Assembly (NCBI RefSeq): GCF_055900595.2
Contig: NZ_CM148325.1
DNA length: 64,000 nt
Reading direction: 5' to 3' (one strand)
Below, in pieces: positions 30,251 through 40,954 of the stretch. Numbering within the stretch: position 1 is the stretch's first letter; every line of letters starts with the position of its first letter. The translations under genes and the position numbers were made by a program. The notes below the pieces were generated by a model. That model ran no database searches. It was given only the letters and a program-made list of their open reading frames with translations, and had not been told where the DNA came from.

Positions 30251-31180
30251 TTGAACAGCAGAAAATTTGCGAGCATGATCGCAATTATTTCACTGCCAGG
30301 GATATCAATGGCTTCCAGTAAATCGCTACAGCAGGCAATTGCCAATATAAAAATCTGGCACAAGGGTGAACAGCGCGCGCCGCATAAGCCATTGTTATTG
30401 CTATACGTATTAGCGGGATACCTGAATGGACATCCGCGCCTTTTCGATTATGGCTCGGAAATCTACGAACCTCTGCACAGTTTACTGGAACGTTTTGGGC
30501 CACAGCGTTCACAGTACCGACCTGATATGCCGTTCTGGCGATTACAAGGCGACGGATTCTGGCAATTACACAATGCCGAGCTTTGCTCAACAGCAGGGAG
30601 CAGCCGACAACCGCCAGTGAAGGAACTGAACGAATACCACGTTGCAGGCGGTTTCGATGAACAGCACTACGCCCTGGTAACCGGCAATAAAAAACTCATC
30701 AATACTCTGGCGCAACAGATACTCGAAGCGCACTTCACCGAGAGTATTCAGGAAGAAATTGCTGACGAGCTGGGTTTTGATCTCCAGCAAATCCGTAAAC
30801 AGCGCGACCCGTTATTTCGCAAAAATGTATTACGCGCTTATAAATACCAGTGCGCGATATGTGGCTTTAATATGCGCCACGATGACACCACCGTCGCGTT
30901 GGAAGCGGCGCATATAAAATGGAAACAGCACGGCGGTCCTTGTGAAATTCCTAATGGCCTGGCGCTTTGCGCAATTCACCATAAAGCCTTTGATAAAGGA
31001 TCGATTGGCCTGGATGAAAATATGCGGGTACTGGTCTCGGATGCGGTAAACGGCGGAGGGATCGTTGAGAAACTATTCTGGGATTTTGACGGGAAAACTA
31101 TTGCGTTGCCGCAGGTGCGTAAAAATTACCCTTATGAGGGGTTTGTGGAGTGGCATCGGAAAGAGGTTTTTAGGGGGTGA
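30251..31180 (+). CDS. HNH endonuclease, putative restriction-type; true start may be an internal Met
   Basis: HNH motif CAICGFN...EAAHIKWKQHGG...LCAIHHKAFD at the C-terminus; divergent from the neighbouring HNH gene. Confidence 0.5.
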   Translation: MNSRKFASMIAIISLPGISMASSKSLQQAIANIKIWHKGEQRAPHKPLLLLYVLAGYLNGHPRLFDYGSEIYEPLHSLLERFGPQRSQYRPDMPFWRLQGDGFWQLHNAELCSTAGSSRQPPVKELNEYHVAGGFDEQHYALVTGNKKLINTLAQQILEAHFTESIQEEIADELGFDLQQIRKQRDPLFRKNVLRAYKYQCAICGFNMRHDDTTVALEAAHIKWKQHGGPCEIPNGLALCAIHHKAFDKGSIGLDENMRVLVSDAVNGGGIVEKLFWDFDGKTIALPQVRKNYPYEGFVEWHRKEVFRG

Positions 31181-31798
31181 GTTTGATAACTATCGCAGTA
31201 TGTTCAATATTGCTGACATAATCAGTGCAGGATCTTGCCGCTAGTTTACAACCCGCCTTCGATAGCGGCGCAAAACGAGTTCTGTTGCCGATATCCTCGG
31301 CTATGGATATTCCAACAGTTCCGGCAGGTTTACCAAGTTTCAGGTAAGTTTTTACTCAGAACCGGTTGATGCGGTTTATAAGGCGCTGGATGTGAATTAA
31401 CACATTCCTCAGCTTATTTACAAAAGGATTATTCCCATTTGATATAATATCAGTGCCAATTTACTTTTTTCAATGGAATATATCTCGGCTAAATAACAAT
31501 AAAACTTATCGCTAATGGATTAAATAAACAATTTTCTAATTTATTTCACCACCTTTGATATAGAAATTGATGGTGTTGTCGCTGCCATTGCTTATGGTGA
31601 TGATAAAATCCACGTTTCTGGATCGGTGCGTAGAAAATCATCACTACCTTGATATTTTGATGCGATATGATCATACCGTTCCGTAGTACCAATTTCAACT
31701 TCAGGCTAAACCCCAACATTAATAAAATTAGAGTTATTCACTGATTATATTATCAATAATATAATCAGTGAATAACATGGAGTATATAATAAATTGCT

Positions 31799-33844
31799 CT
31801 AATCATTTCCCTTACGAATATATGGGCCAAAAGCCCAAGAATCATAATAAGGGTGATGGACTAATTTTTCATTAAATCGAACACTATAAGTTAATTTTTT
31901 TATATTTTTACGTACAGCATTAATACTGGGCAAAGAGGAAAGATAATCTATAAACTTATCGATAGTGATTTTCCCTTCGCAACACTCAAACCCATCAATG
32001 ATATTTTTCGCCATTTTTCCATTTTCATTTGTTTGATATATCACTCCAGGTATTCGTTGAAAAAAACTAGATAATGCATATTTGTCCGCTACATATGTAT
32101 CATCCACATGATATTTCCCACCGAGCATAGTTGTAGTAACAATAAGCTTATACACACCTTTGGGTTGCCATGTTGATGGTAGTTCGAATTCTTTAATGAT
32201 CACATCAAGATGATTAAGATAATGTTCAGAAATTCGATTTATTTGTTGAAAATAAGAACGCATAAATTTATTATTATGATCATGTATTAATGAGCTATCT
32301 CCAACGATGTTACACACTTGCTGATAGTACTTACCATAATATATTGGTTGACCATTTGATTTTAGTTCTGTAAAAATCAAACAATCATCCAGGAGAATCA
32401 CGCAATCGCACTGATAATTAGCATGAGCATCAATTGGAGAAGCTTTAATCCCCGCATCACGAACTTGTTTTATAAATTGTTGCTCATGAAATCGCCCTTT
32501 ACTTGCTTGAGAAATTTTTTTGGAACCAAATAATGACATTAGAGAGCGAGTCACTGAGCTATTTGCTATTAATGCAGGCATTAAGCATAAACCGTCCATA
32601 CAGGGAATAAATGGGCAATCATTAAGATCATGTGATTTTGAATTGAAGGTAAAATAATCTATCAGTTTTTTTGCTGCATCTGCTGCAATCCCCTTACGTT
32701 GAAAGAATGATAACCAACTCTCACGGTTTTTTATGACCAGCCAGCGATCCAACTGTAGGGGTATAGGTTTTGTCGATGAAAATCTTTTGCTCATTTCTTC
32801 TTTAGATAACTCGACTAAACATTGATAAGCGTGCACCCAATTAAATAATGATATATTCCCATATTCTTCATGAAGGTCATCAGGAGACATATTTTCCAAC
32901 TCGCTTAAATGAAATGAGCTAAAAACGCCATCAGAATTTAAGTAAGATGGCATATGATCCTTTACCCAACTATTTAGATGAAAATGTTTGTTACTAAATT
33001 CATGAACTTCGCTATATAGATGTGACGCTCTCATCATTAGTCTATTTCTTGCAATCTCATAATCTCGGTATAAACAAAAACTATCAACCTCAAGAGAGTA
33101 AATGTTATTATCCAATTTTGTAAATACTGCACTACTTAGTCTGAAAAAGTCTCTTACTCTGCTTAATGAGTCAAAAACATTCCACTCATTAAGGTACCCT
33201 CCCATTGAAAGCAAGGTTTGTTTATTCACACAAGAAGTTAGTTTCAATGGCCCATGAGTCCGTAAATAAGAAAATATTCTTCCGGTGTAATTGGCTACCT
33301 CATCAAATGCCCTATCGATAACTCGAAAATATTCGATATCAGGTTCAGCATGAATATTAATATTTTCAGTAACGATAAATAATGGAAAAATCCTCTTCAT
33401 TTTTTTAGGATCATTGACCACAACCAAGGATGATAATGATGATAAAAACATCTCACAAAACATGATGAGATTAAGTATTAATGCATGTGATTTTTTTGTA
33501 TTTTTACGCCAAATACCAGCACATTTTGCAGCCGCAAAGAAAGAATTATTTATATCATGCATAATTTTACATTGACTCTCGAACTCAGAGATTAGTTCAA
33601 TGTTATCAGGAAATGAGTTTACTAGCTCATTAATACATTTTTTGAATGTATTGTTATACTCAACTTCAGTCTGAACTGAAAATCTATTATAATAGATGGA
33701 AGATATTCTCAGCACATCCAAGGCGATATCTATACTAATATCATCTCTTTTTATGTACTCACAAAAAAAAAGAACAAAACTGTTTCGGGTCGTTAGCAAG
33801 ATTACTAATTCTAGTGGTATCATAAACTTTTTCCATTTTTCCAT
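31799..33844 (-). CDS. Hypothetical protein, 681 aa, AT-rich orphan
   Basis: Long uninterrupted ORF, K/N/I/F-rich composition typical of low-GC foreign DNA; no motif recognised. Confidence 0.45.
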   Translation of the reverse strand: MEKWKKFMIPLELVILLTTRNSFVLFFCEYIKRDDISIDIALDVLRISSIYYNRFSVQTEVEYNNTFKKCINELVNSFPDNIELISEFESQCKIMHDINNSFFAAAKCAGIWRKNTKKSHALILNLIMFCEMFLSSLSSLVVVNDPKKMKRIFPLFIVTENINIHAEPDIEYFRVIDRAFDEVANYTGRIFSYLRTHGPLKLTSCVNKQTLLSMGGYLNEWNVFDSLSRVRDFFRLSSAVFTKLDNNIYSLEVDSFCLYRDYEIARNRLMMRASHLYSEVHEFSNKHFHLNSWVKDHMPSYLNSDGVFSSFHLSELENMSPDDLHEEYGNISLFNWVHAYQCLVELSKEEMSKRFSSTKPIPLQLDRWLVIKNRESWLSFFQRKGIAADAAKKLIDYFTFNSKSHDLNDCPFIPCMDGLCLMPALIANSSVTRSLMSLFGSKKISQASKGRFHEQQFIKQVRDAGIKASPIDAHANYQCDCVILLDDCLIFTELKSNGQPIYYGKYYQQVCNIVGDSSLIHDHNNKFMRSYFQQINRISEHYLNHLDVIIKEFELPSTWQPKGVYKLIVTTTMLGGKYHVDDTYVADKYALSSFFQRIPGVIYQTNENGKMAKNIIDGFECCEGKITIDKFIDYLSSLPSINAVRKNIKKLTYSVRFNEKLVHHPYYDSWAFGPYIRKGND

Positions 33845-34525
33845 ACATCCTATTGTCTAAATTACTATAAAACTAGCCACTTAACTAATAATTATAAATT
33901 TCATCTTTTACACCTTGCATTTTTATAACCAATGAAATCTACAACAAGCAACTGATGGATAATCCGATATTGGTCGCATTTAATGGCATGGTAGCAAAGT
34001 TTTCATCACATACCTCCTTTGCACCAGAATAAACGCCAGAGACCTGAAATTGCGAGTACACTACAGAAATTGTACTGCCGGTCCCATCAGCATAAAACCA
34101 TAGTTACACAGGTAATCATCATTATTCACCAAGATAATAAATATTATTCGGTAGAATAGCGTTCTCAGGTGGTCAGTAAAATTGTCTTCAACAAGATGTC
34201 TGCGCATCTCGTCTGCTAGCCCTACATAACTGCTCTCGACCGAAACTATTTATTGAATGTTCACCAAGGTGGGCGTGGAGACAAAATGACGTCTTTTGAT
34301 ATTAGCTACCTGAGCCACATGGTCAAAACGTTCAAGTAGCATAGCGAAACCACCCTGCCCACGTAATGTGGACGATGCAGCTCCCAGCCAGAGCAAACTT
34401 GGGACCATCGACTACAAAATGAAGAATACTGAACTGCTTTTCTGGCAGGCCTATATACTGCACGGATATGGGTGATTTCAGACACAAAAAAAGCCGCTCT
34501 TAAGCGACTCGATTTGCATACGGTG

Positions 34526-34610
34526 TGGTGCCGAAGGCCGGACTCGAACCGGCACGTATTTCTACGGTTGATTTTGAATCAACTGCGTCTACCGATTTCG
34601 CCACTTCGGC
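34526..34610 (-). tRNA. leuX: tRNA-Leu (anticodon CAA)
   Basis: Reverse complement reads GCCGAAGTGGCGAAATCGGTAGACGCAGTTGATTCAAAATCAACCGTAGAAATACGTGCCGGTTCGAGTCCGGCCTTCGGCACCA, 85 nt with CCA end and CAA anticodon in the loop. Confidence 0.9.
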
Positions 34611-34805
34611 ACTGAAGAGGTATGCGGAAAACGTTGTGGATTATACCTGTCACGCGCCACCATGCAAGCGCCAGCTTGCTCCCACCTCGCTAAGTGCTGA
34701 AATTTTCAGCATTGCATACAGCGATGTGTAACCTTTGTCACACTCCAGGCACCCCGCCCTACCATGCTCTACACTTCCCAGACAACACCAGAGAAGGACA
34801 AAAAT

Positions 34806-35825
34806 ATGTCGATGATAAAAAGCTATGCCGCAAAAGAGGCTGGCGGCAAACTGGAAGTTTATGAGTACGATCCCGGTGAACTGAAACCACAAGATGTCGA
34901 AGTGCAGGTGGATTACTGCGGGATCTGCCATTCCGATCTGTCGATGATCGACAACGAATGGGGATTTTCACAATATCCGCTGGTTGCCGGGCATGAGGTG
35001 ATTGGTCGCGTGGTGGCGCTCGGGAGCGCCGCGCAGGATAAAGGTTTGCAGGTCGGTCAGCGTGTCGGGATTGGCTGGACGGCGCGAAGCTGTGGTCACT
35101 GCGATGCCTGTATTAGCGGTAATCAGATCAACTGCGAGCAAGGTGCGGTGCCAACAATTATGAATCACGGCGGTTTTGCCGAGAAGTTGCGTGCAGACTG
35201 GCAATGGGTGATTCCACTGCCGGAAAATATCGATATCGAATCCGCCGGGCCGCTGCTGTGTGGTGGTATCACGGTCTTCAAACCACTGTTAATGCACCAT
35301 ATCACTGCCACCAGCCGCGTTGGGGTAATTGGTATTGGCGGGCTGGGGCATATCGCTATAAAACTTCTGCACGCAATGGGATGCGAGGTGACGGCCTTTA
35401 GTTCTAATCCGGCGAAAGAGCAGGAAGTGCTGGCGATGGGTGCCGATAAAGTAGTGAATAGCCGCGATCCGCAGGCACTGAAAGCACTGGCGGGGCAGTT
35501 TGATCTCATTATCAACACCGTCAACGTCAGCCTCGACTGGCAGCCTTATTTTGAGACGCTGACGTATGGCGGTAATTTCCATACAGTCGGCGCGGTCCTC
35601 ACGCCGCTGTCTGTTCCGGCCTTTACGTTAATTGCGGGCGACCGCAGCGTCTCTGGTTCAGCAACAGGTACACCTTATGAGCTGCGTAAGCTGATGCGCT
35701 TTGCCGCCCGCAGCAAGGTTGCGCCGACTACCGAACTGTTCCCGATGTCGAAAATTAACGACGCCATTCAGCATGTACGCGATGGTAAAGCGCGCTACCG
35801 CGTGGTGTTGAAAGCAGATTTTTGA
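34806..35825 (+). CDS. ahr: NADPH-dependent aldehyde reductase (Zn-dependent ADH family)
   Basis: Translation [14 protein letters not shown]...CGICHSDL...GHEVIG matches Ahr/YjgB; start taken at the internal Met of ORF 34764..35825. Confidence 0.85.
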   Translation: MSMIKSYAAKEAGGKLEVYEYDPGELKPQDVEVQVDYCGICHSDLSMIDNEWGFSQYPLVAGHEVIGRVVALGSAAQDKGLQVGQRVGIGWTARSCGHCDACISGNQINCEQGAVPTIMNHGGFAEKLRADWQWVIPLPENIDIESAGPLLCGGITVFKPLLMHHITATSRVGVIGIGGLGHIAIKLLHAMGCEVTAFSSNPAKEQEVLAMGADKVVNSRDPQALKALAGQFDLIINTVNVSLDWQPYFETLTYGGNFHTVGAVLTPLSVPAFTLIAGDRSVSGSATGTPYELRKLMRFAARSKVAPTTELFPMSKINDAIQHVRDGKARYRVVLKADF

Positions 35826-35828
35826 AAA

Positions 35829-36392
35829 TCATTCGCAGCGCTGATCTGAGGCGCTGCCCTCTTTCGCACATATTCTGTTTTGTCTTATCGCCAGCACAGC
35901 CTGCCGACATTGTTCGGTGACATTGGCAATATCATGGTTGATATCAATGCGCACAATATCCTGTTCATCTGCTTGTGGTCGCTCCAGCGCCTCAAACTGA
36001 CTTTTTAGTAACGCTACCGGCATAAAATGCCCAGCCCGACGCTGCATTCGCGCGAGAATAGTTTCATAATCGCCATCTAACCAGAGGAAATGAACATGGG
36101 GGCTACCCTTGCGTAAAATATCACGATACTGTTTTTTTAATGATGAACAGACAATAAATCCTGTTTCATTCTTTTTATAAAGACTGTATGAAGCATCATT
36201 TAAGCGTTCCAGCCAGGGAAGTCGATCTTCATCAGATAATGGAATGCCTTGCGACATTTTATCTATATTTTTGGCTGGATGAAGATCGTCACCATCAATA
36301 AATTTCGCAGACAATAACGCGGCAACCTTGCTACCAATTAATGTTTTACCACTCCCTGATACGCCCATCAAAATAAAGCTTTCACCCGCCAT
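35829..36392 (-). CDS. idnK: Gluconokinase (thermosensitive)
   Basis: P-loop GVSGSGKT; matches IdnK; synteny with idnDOTR. Confidence 0.85.
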   Translation of the reverse strand: MAGESFILMGVSGSGKTLIGSKVAALLSAKFIDGDDLHPAKNIDKMSQGIPLSDEDRLPWLERLNDASYSLYKKNETGFIVCSSLKKQYRDILRKGSPHVHFLWLDGDYETILARMQRRAGHFMPVALLKSQFEALERPQADEQDIVRIDINHDIANVTEQCRQAVLAIRQNRICAKEGSASDQRCE

Positions 36393-36608
36393 TTAAAATC
36401 TCCTGAATCATCTTACCTGCGGCGATACTACGCCTGGCGGCATAATAATTTCACGTTTTTTTATTTCTGTTGATAAGAATTACAAGGCACATCACGTTAT
36501 GCGTAACATAGTAATGTAACAATTTTCTGACGTGATCTTCATCACAAATAATGACAATTAAAACCGCTTAAATGCTTCCGAGGTGTCTACCTGACCAGTG
36601 AGGAATTT
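36393..36608. promoter_or_regulatory. Divergent idnK / idnDOTR promoter-operator region
   Basis: Intergenic AT-rich region between divergently transcribed idnK and idnD; expected IdnR/GntR operator location. Confidence 0.4.
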
Positions 36609-37640
36609 ATGCAAGTGAAAACACAGTCCTGCGTTGTTGCGGGCAAGAAAACTGTTGCCGTTACCGAGCAGACGATAGATTGGAATAATAATGGAACATT
36701 AGTACAAATAACCCGAGGTGGAATTTGCGGTTCCGATTTACATTATTATCAGGAAGGAAAAGTAGGTAATTTCATGATAAAGGCACCGATGGTGTTAGGT
36801 CATGAAGTTATCGGTAAAGTTATTCATAGCGACTCATCAGAATTACATGAAGGGCAAACGGTAGCCATTAATCCGTCTAAACCTTGCGGTCACTGCAAAT
36901 ACTGCATTGAACATAACGAGAATCAGTGTACAGAGATGCGTTTTTTTGGCAGTGCCATGTATTTCCCTCATGTTGATGGTGGCTTTACCCGTTATAAAAT
37001 GGTCGAAACGTCGCAATGTGTCCCTTATCCGGCCAAAGCTGACGAAAAGGTTATGGCTTTTGCCGAACCTTTAGCCGTCGCGATTCATGCCGCACATCAG
37101 GCCGGCGAGTTACAGGGCAAGCGAGTATTTATTTCCGGTGTTGGGCCCATTGGCTGCCTGATTGTCAGTGCTGTGAAAACACTGGGGGCCTCGGAAATTG
37201 TCTGTGCCGATGTGAGTCCCCGTTCCCTTTTGCTGGCCAAAGAGATGGGGGCGGATGTGCTCGTAAACCCACAAAACGACGATATGGATCACTGGAAAGC
37301 GGAAAAAGGCTATTTCGATGTCAGCTTTGAAGTGTCCGGTCATCCTTCATCAGTGAATACCTGTCTGGAAGTCACTCGTGCACGCGGCGTAATGGTGCAG
37401 GTAGGTATGGGAGGCGCGATGGCAGAATTCCCAATGATGACGTTGATTGGTAAGGAGATTTCACTCAAAGGCTCTTTCCGTTTTACCAGCGAATTTAATA
37501 CCGCAGTGTCATGGCTGGCGAATGGCGTTATCAATCCACTGCCTTTACTGAGTGCTGAATATCCCTTCACTGACCTGGAAGAGGCGCTACGTTTCGCCGG
37601 TGATAAAACCCAGGCAGCAAAAGTCCAGCTTGTTTTCTAA
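36609..37640 (+). CDS. idnD: L-idonate 5-dehydrogenase
   Basis: Zn-ADH motifs (GICGSDLHYY, GHEVIG); synteny. Confidence 0.85.
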   Translation: MQVKTQSCVVAGKKTVAVTEQTIDWNNNGTLVQITRGGICGSDLHYYQEGKVGNFMIKAPMVLGHEVIGKVIHSDSSELHEGQTVAINPSKPCGHCKYCIEHNENQCTEMRFFGSAMYFPHVDGGFTRYKMVETSQCVPYPAKADEKVMAFAEPLAVAIHAAHQAGELQGKRVFISGVGPIGCLIVSAVKTLGASEIVCADVSPRSLLLAKEMGADVLVNPQNDDMDHWKAEKGYFDVSFEVSGHPSSVNTCLEVTRARGVMVQVGMGGAMAEFPMMTLIGKEISLKGSFRFTSEFNTAVSWLANGVINPLPLLSAEYPFTDLEEALRFAGDKTQAAKVQLVF

Positions 37641-37663
37641 GAGATAAATAAAGGAATAATACA

Positions 37664-38428
37664 ATGAACGATCTATTTTCACTGGCAGGAAAAAATATCT
37701 TGATTACCGGTTCAGCACAGGGCATTGGCTTTTTACTGGCAACCGGCCTGGGTAAATATGGCGCACAAATAATTATTAATGATATTACTGCCGAACGCGC
37801 AGAACTTGCTGTAGAAAAACTCCGCCAGGAGGGTATTCGGGCCGTTGCCGCACCTTTTAATGTTACCCATAAACATGAAATTGATACCGCCGTTGAACAT
37901 ATCGAAAAGGACATCGGCCCCATTGATGTGCTGGTGAATAACGCCGGTATCCAGCGCCGTCATCCTTTTACTGAGTTCCCTGAACAAGAGTGGAATGATG
38001 TGATCGCAGTAAACCAGACCGCCGTGTTCCTGGTGTCGCAAGCGGTAACTCGTCACATGGTTGAACGCAAGGCGGGTAAAGTTATTAATATTTGCTCGAT
38101 GCAAAGCGAACTGGGACGTGACACCATCACCCCTTATGCCGCATCGAAAGGAGCGGTAAAAATGCTCACCCGCGGCATGTGCGTCGAGCTGGCGCGCCAC
38201 AATATTCAGGTCAACGGTATTGCGCCGGGCTATTTCAAAACAGAAATGACTAAAGCACTGGTTGAGGACGAAGCCTTCACCGCCTGGTTGTGCAAACGGA
38301 CCCCCGCCGCACGCTGGGGCGATCCGCAGGAACTGATTGGTGCTGCGGTGTTCCTTTCTTCAAAAGCCTCTGATTTCGTAAACGGCCACCTGTTGTTTGT
38401 TGATGGCGGCATGTTGGTGGCTGTTTAA
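37664..38428 (+). CDS. idnO: 5-keto-D-gluconate 5-reductase (SDR family)
   Basis: SDR Rossmann motif TGSAQGIG and catalytic YAASK; synteny. Confidence 0.85.
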   Translation: MNDLFSLAGKNILITGSAQGIGFLLATGLGKYGAQIIINDITAERAELAVEKLRQEGIRAVAAPFNVTHKHEIDTAVEHIEKDIGPIDVLVNNAGIQRRHPFTEFPEQEWNDVIAVNQTAVFLVSQAVTRHMVERKAGKVINICSMQSELGRDTITPYAASKGAVKMLTRGMCVELARHNIQVNGIAPGYFKTEMTKALVEDEAFTAWLCKRTPAARWGDPQELIGAAVFLSSKASDFVNGHLLFVDGGMLVAV

Positions 38429-38492
38429 CAGCCACTACCCTGCGTGCAGCGCGAAAGCGCTGCTTTTCTGGCACTAATAAGAGATAAAGACT

Positions 38493-39812
38493 ATGCCATT
38501 AATCATTATTGCGGCAGGCGTCGCGCTGCTTCTTATCCTGATGATCGGCTTTAAAGTTAACGGCTTTATTGCCCTCGTTCTGGTAGCTGCCGTCGTCGGA
38601 TTTGCCGAAGGGATGGATGCACAGGCCGTCCTGCACTCTATACAAAATGGTATCGGCAGCACGCTCGGCGGGCTGGCAATGATCCTCGGTTTCGGGGCCA
38701 TGTTAGGCAAGCTGATTTCTGATACGGGCGCGGCACAACGTATCGCCACTACGCTGATTGCTACTTTTGGTAAAAAACGCGTGCAATGGGCGCTAGTGAT
38801 CACCGGTCTGGTTGTGGGCCTCGCCATGTTTTTTGAAGTGGGTTTTGTCCTGCTGTTGCCGTTGGTATTTACCATCGTAGCATCATCAGGATTACCCCTG
38901 TTGTATGTTGGCGTACCAATGGTAGCAGCGCTCTCTGTAACCCACTGTTTTCTGCCGCCACATCCTGGTCCTACTGCCATCGCGACTATCTTTGAGGCTA
39001 ATCTCGGAACGACTCTACTGTATGGATTTATCATTACCATTCCGACAGTTATTGTCGCAGGACCGCTGTTTTCTAAACTGCTAACTCGCTTTGAGAAAGC
39101 ACCACCAGAAGGCTTATTTAATCCTCATCTGTTTAGCGAAGAGGAGATGCCCTCCTTCTGGAACAGTATTTTCGCTGCCGTGATCCCGGTCATCCTGATG
39201 GCTATCGCCGCCGTTTGTGAAATTACGTTACCGAAAACTAACACCGTGCGCCTCTTCTTTGAATTTGTCGGTAACCCTGCCGTTGCACTGTTTATTGCCA
39301 TTGTTATTGCGATTTTCACACTGGGCCGACGTAATGGACGCACCATCGAGCAAATCATGGATATCATTGGGGATTCTATAGGCGCTATCGCGATGATTGT
39401 GTTTATTATCGCTGGCGGCGGCGCGTTTAAGCAGGTATTAGTAGATAGCGGTGTCGGGCAGTATATTTCACACTTAATGACCGGAACTACGCTTTCGCCG
39501 TTATTGATGTGCTGGACTGTTGCGGCGCTGTTGCGTATCGCTCTGGGCTCTGCCACCGTCGCGGCCATTACCACCGCGGGTGTGGTGTTGCCGATTATCA
39601 ACGTTACCCATGCCGATCCCGCTTTAATGGTACTGGCAACCGGTGCGGGCAGCGTGATCGCGTCACACGTAAACGACCCTGGCTTCTGGCTATTTAAAGG
39701 GTATTTTAATCTGACGGTTGGTGAAACGTTGCGTACCTGGACGGTGATGGAAACCCTTATTTCTATTATGGGTTTGCTGGGCGTGTTAGCCATTAACGCC
39801 GTATTGCACTGA
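38493..39812 (+). CDS. idnT: Gluconate/L-idonate transporter (GntP family)
   Basis: 439-aa polytopic membrane protein; synteny. Confidence 0.85.
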   Translation: MPLIIIAAGVALLLILMIGFKVNGFIALVLVAAVVGFAEGMDAQAVLHSIQNGIGSTLGGLAMILGFGAMLGKLISDTGAAQRIATTLIATFGKKRVQWALVITGLVVGLAMFFEVGFVLLLPLVFTIVASSGLPLLYVGVPMVAALSVTHCFLPPHPGPTAIATIFEANLGTTLLYGFIITIPTVIVAGPLFSKLLTRFEKAPPEGLFNPHLFSEEEMPSFWNSIFAAVIPVILMAIAAVCEITLPKTNTVRLFFEFVGNPAVALFIAIVIAIFTLGRRNGRTIEQIMDIIGDSIGAIAMIVFIIAGGGAFKQVLVDSGVGQYISHLMTGTTLSPLLMCWTVAALLRIALGSATVAAITTAGVVLPIINVTHADPALMVLATGAGSVIASHVNDPGFWLFKGYFNLTVGETLRTWTVMETLISIMGLLGVLAINAVLH

Positions 39813-39878
39813 AAGAATAAAATATTGTGATGTAGTTTCGGGGGAAGATTGAAGATTCCCCCGACGTTGGGAGAAGTT

Positions 39879-40877
39879 ATGCGCAATCACAGAATTTCTT
39901 TACAGGATATCGCTACGCTGGCTGGCGTAACAAAAATGACCGTGAGTCGTTATATCCGCTCGCCGAAAAAGGTGGCAAAGGAAACAGGCGAGCGCATCGC
40001 CAAAATTATGGAAGAGATCAATTATATCCCTAATCGCGCTCCCGGCATGTTGTTGAATGCACAAAGTTATACCCTCGGTATCTTGATTCCGTCATTTCAA
40101 AATCAACTCTTCGCTGACATTCTCGCGGGAATAGAATCCGTCACCTCTGAGCATAATTATCAGACCCTTATTGCTAATTACAATTACGATCGCGATTCCG
40201 AAGAAGAGTCGGTGATTAACCTGCTCTCTTATAACATTGACGGGATTATTCTTTCGGAAAAATATCACACCATCAGGACGGTGAAATTTCTGCGTTCAGC
40301 CACCATTCCGGTCGTGGAATTGATGGATGTACAGGGAGAACGGCTGGATATGGAGGTCGGTTTTGATAATCGGCAGGCCGCTTTTGACATGGTGTGTACC
40401 ATGCTGGATAAGCGAGTCAGGCGCAAAATTCTGTATCTCGGTTCCAAAGATGACACCCGCGATGAACAGCGTTATCAGGGGTATTGCGATGCGATGATGC
40501 TGCATAATCTTTCCCCGTTACGCATGAATCCACGCGCCATCTCATCCATTCATTTAGGAATGCAATTAATGCGTGATGCCCTTAGCGCAAACCCGGATTT
40601 AGACGGTGTATTTTGCACCAATGACGATATTGCGATGGGTGCGCTTCTGCTGTGCCGCGAGCGAAACCTCGCCGTGCCAGAACAAATTTCCATTGCGGGT
40701 TTTCATGGGCTGGAGATTGGCAGGCAAATGATCCCAAGCCTCGCCAGCGTAATTACTCCCCGTTTTGATATTGGTCGGATGGCCGCCCAAATGTTGCTGA
40801 GAAAAATTAAAAATAACGATCACAACCACAACACTGTTGACCTCGGGTATCAGATTTATCACGGTAACACGCTTTAG
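39879..40877 (+). CDS. idnR: LacI-family transcriptional regulator of the idn operon
   Basis: N-terminal [22 protein letters not shown]; start taken at internal Met MRNHRISL of ORF 39849..40877. Confidence 0.8.
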   Translation: MRNHRISLQDIATLAGVTKMTVSRYIRSPKKVAKETGERIAKIMEEINYIPNRAPGMLLNAQSYTLGILIPSFQNQLFADILAGIESVTSEHNYQTLIANYNYDRDSEEESVINLLSYNIDGIILSEKYHTIRTVKFLRSATIPVVELMDVQGERLDMEVGFDNRQAAFDMVCTMLDKRVRRKILYLGSKDDTRDEQRYQGYCDAMMLHNLSPLRMNPRAISSIHLGMQLMRDALSANPDLDGVFCTNDDIAMGALLLCRERNLAVPEQISIAGFHGLEIGRQMIPSLASVITPRFDIGRMAAQMLLRKIKNNDHNHNTVDLGYQIYHGNTL

Positions 40878-40954
40878 GTTATTTTCTCTTCATTACACGT
40901 ATTCTCTTTGCCGGACGTTGCCTATACTCCAGGCAGGAAACTGGAGGAAATCTC

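Noticed and set aside
33845-34525. Possible integrase remnant adjacent to leuX
   Set aside because: No ORF of meaningful length in either orientation and only vague resemblance to P4-type integrase N-termini on manual translation; cannot be supported without a similarity search.
38474-39886. Minus-strand ORFs of 188 and 253 aa overlapping idnT
   Set aside because: Antisense to the idnT transporter gene; Ala/Thr/Pro-rich translation typical of the reverse frame of a GC-rich membrane-protein gene.
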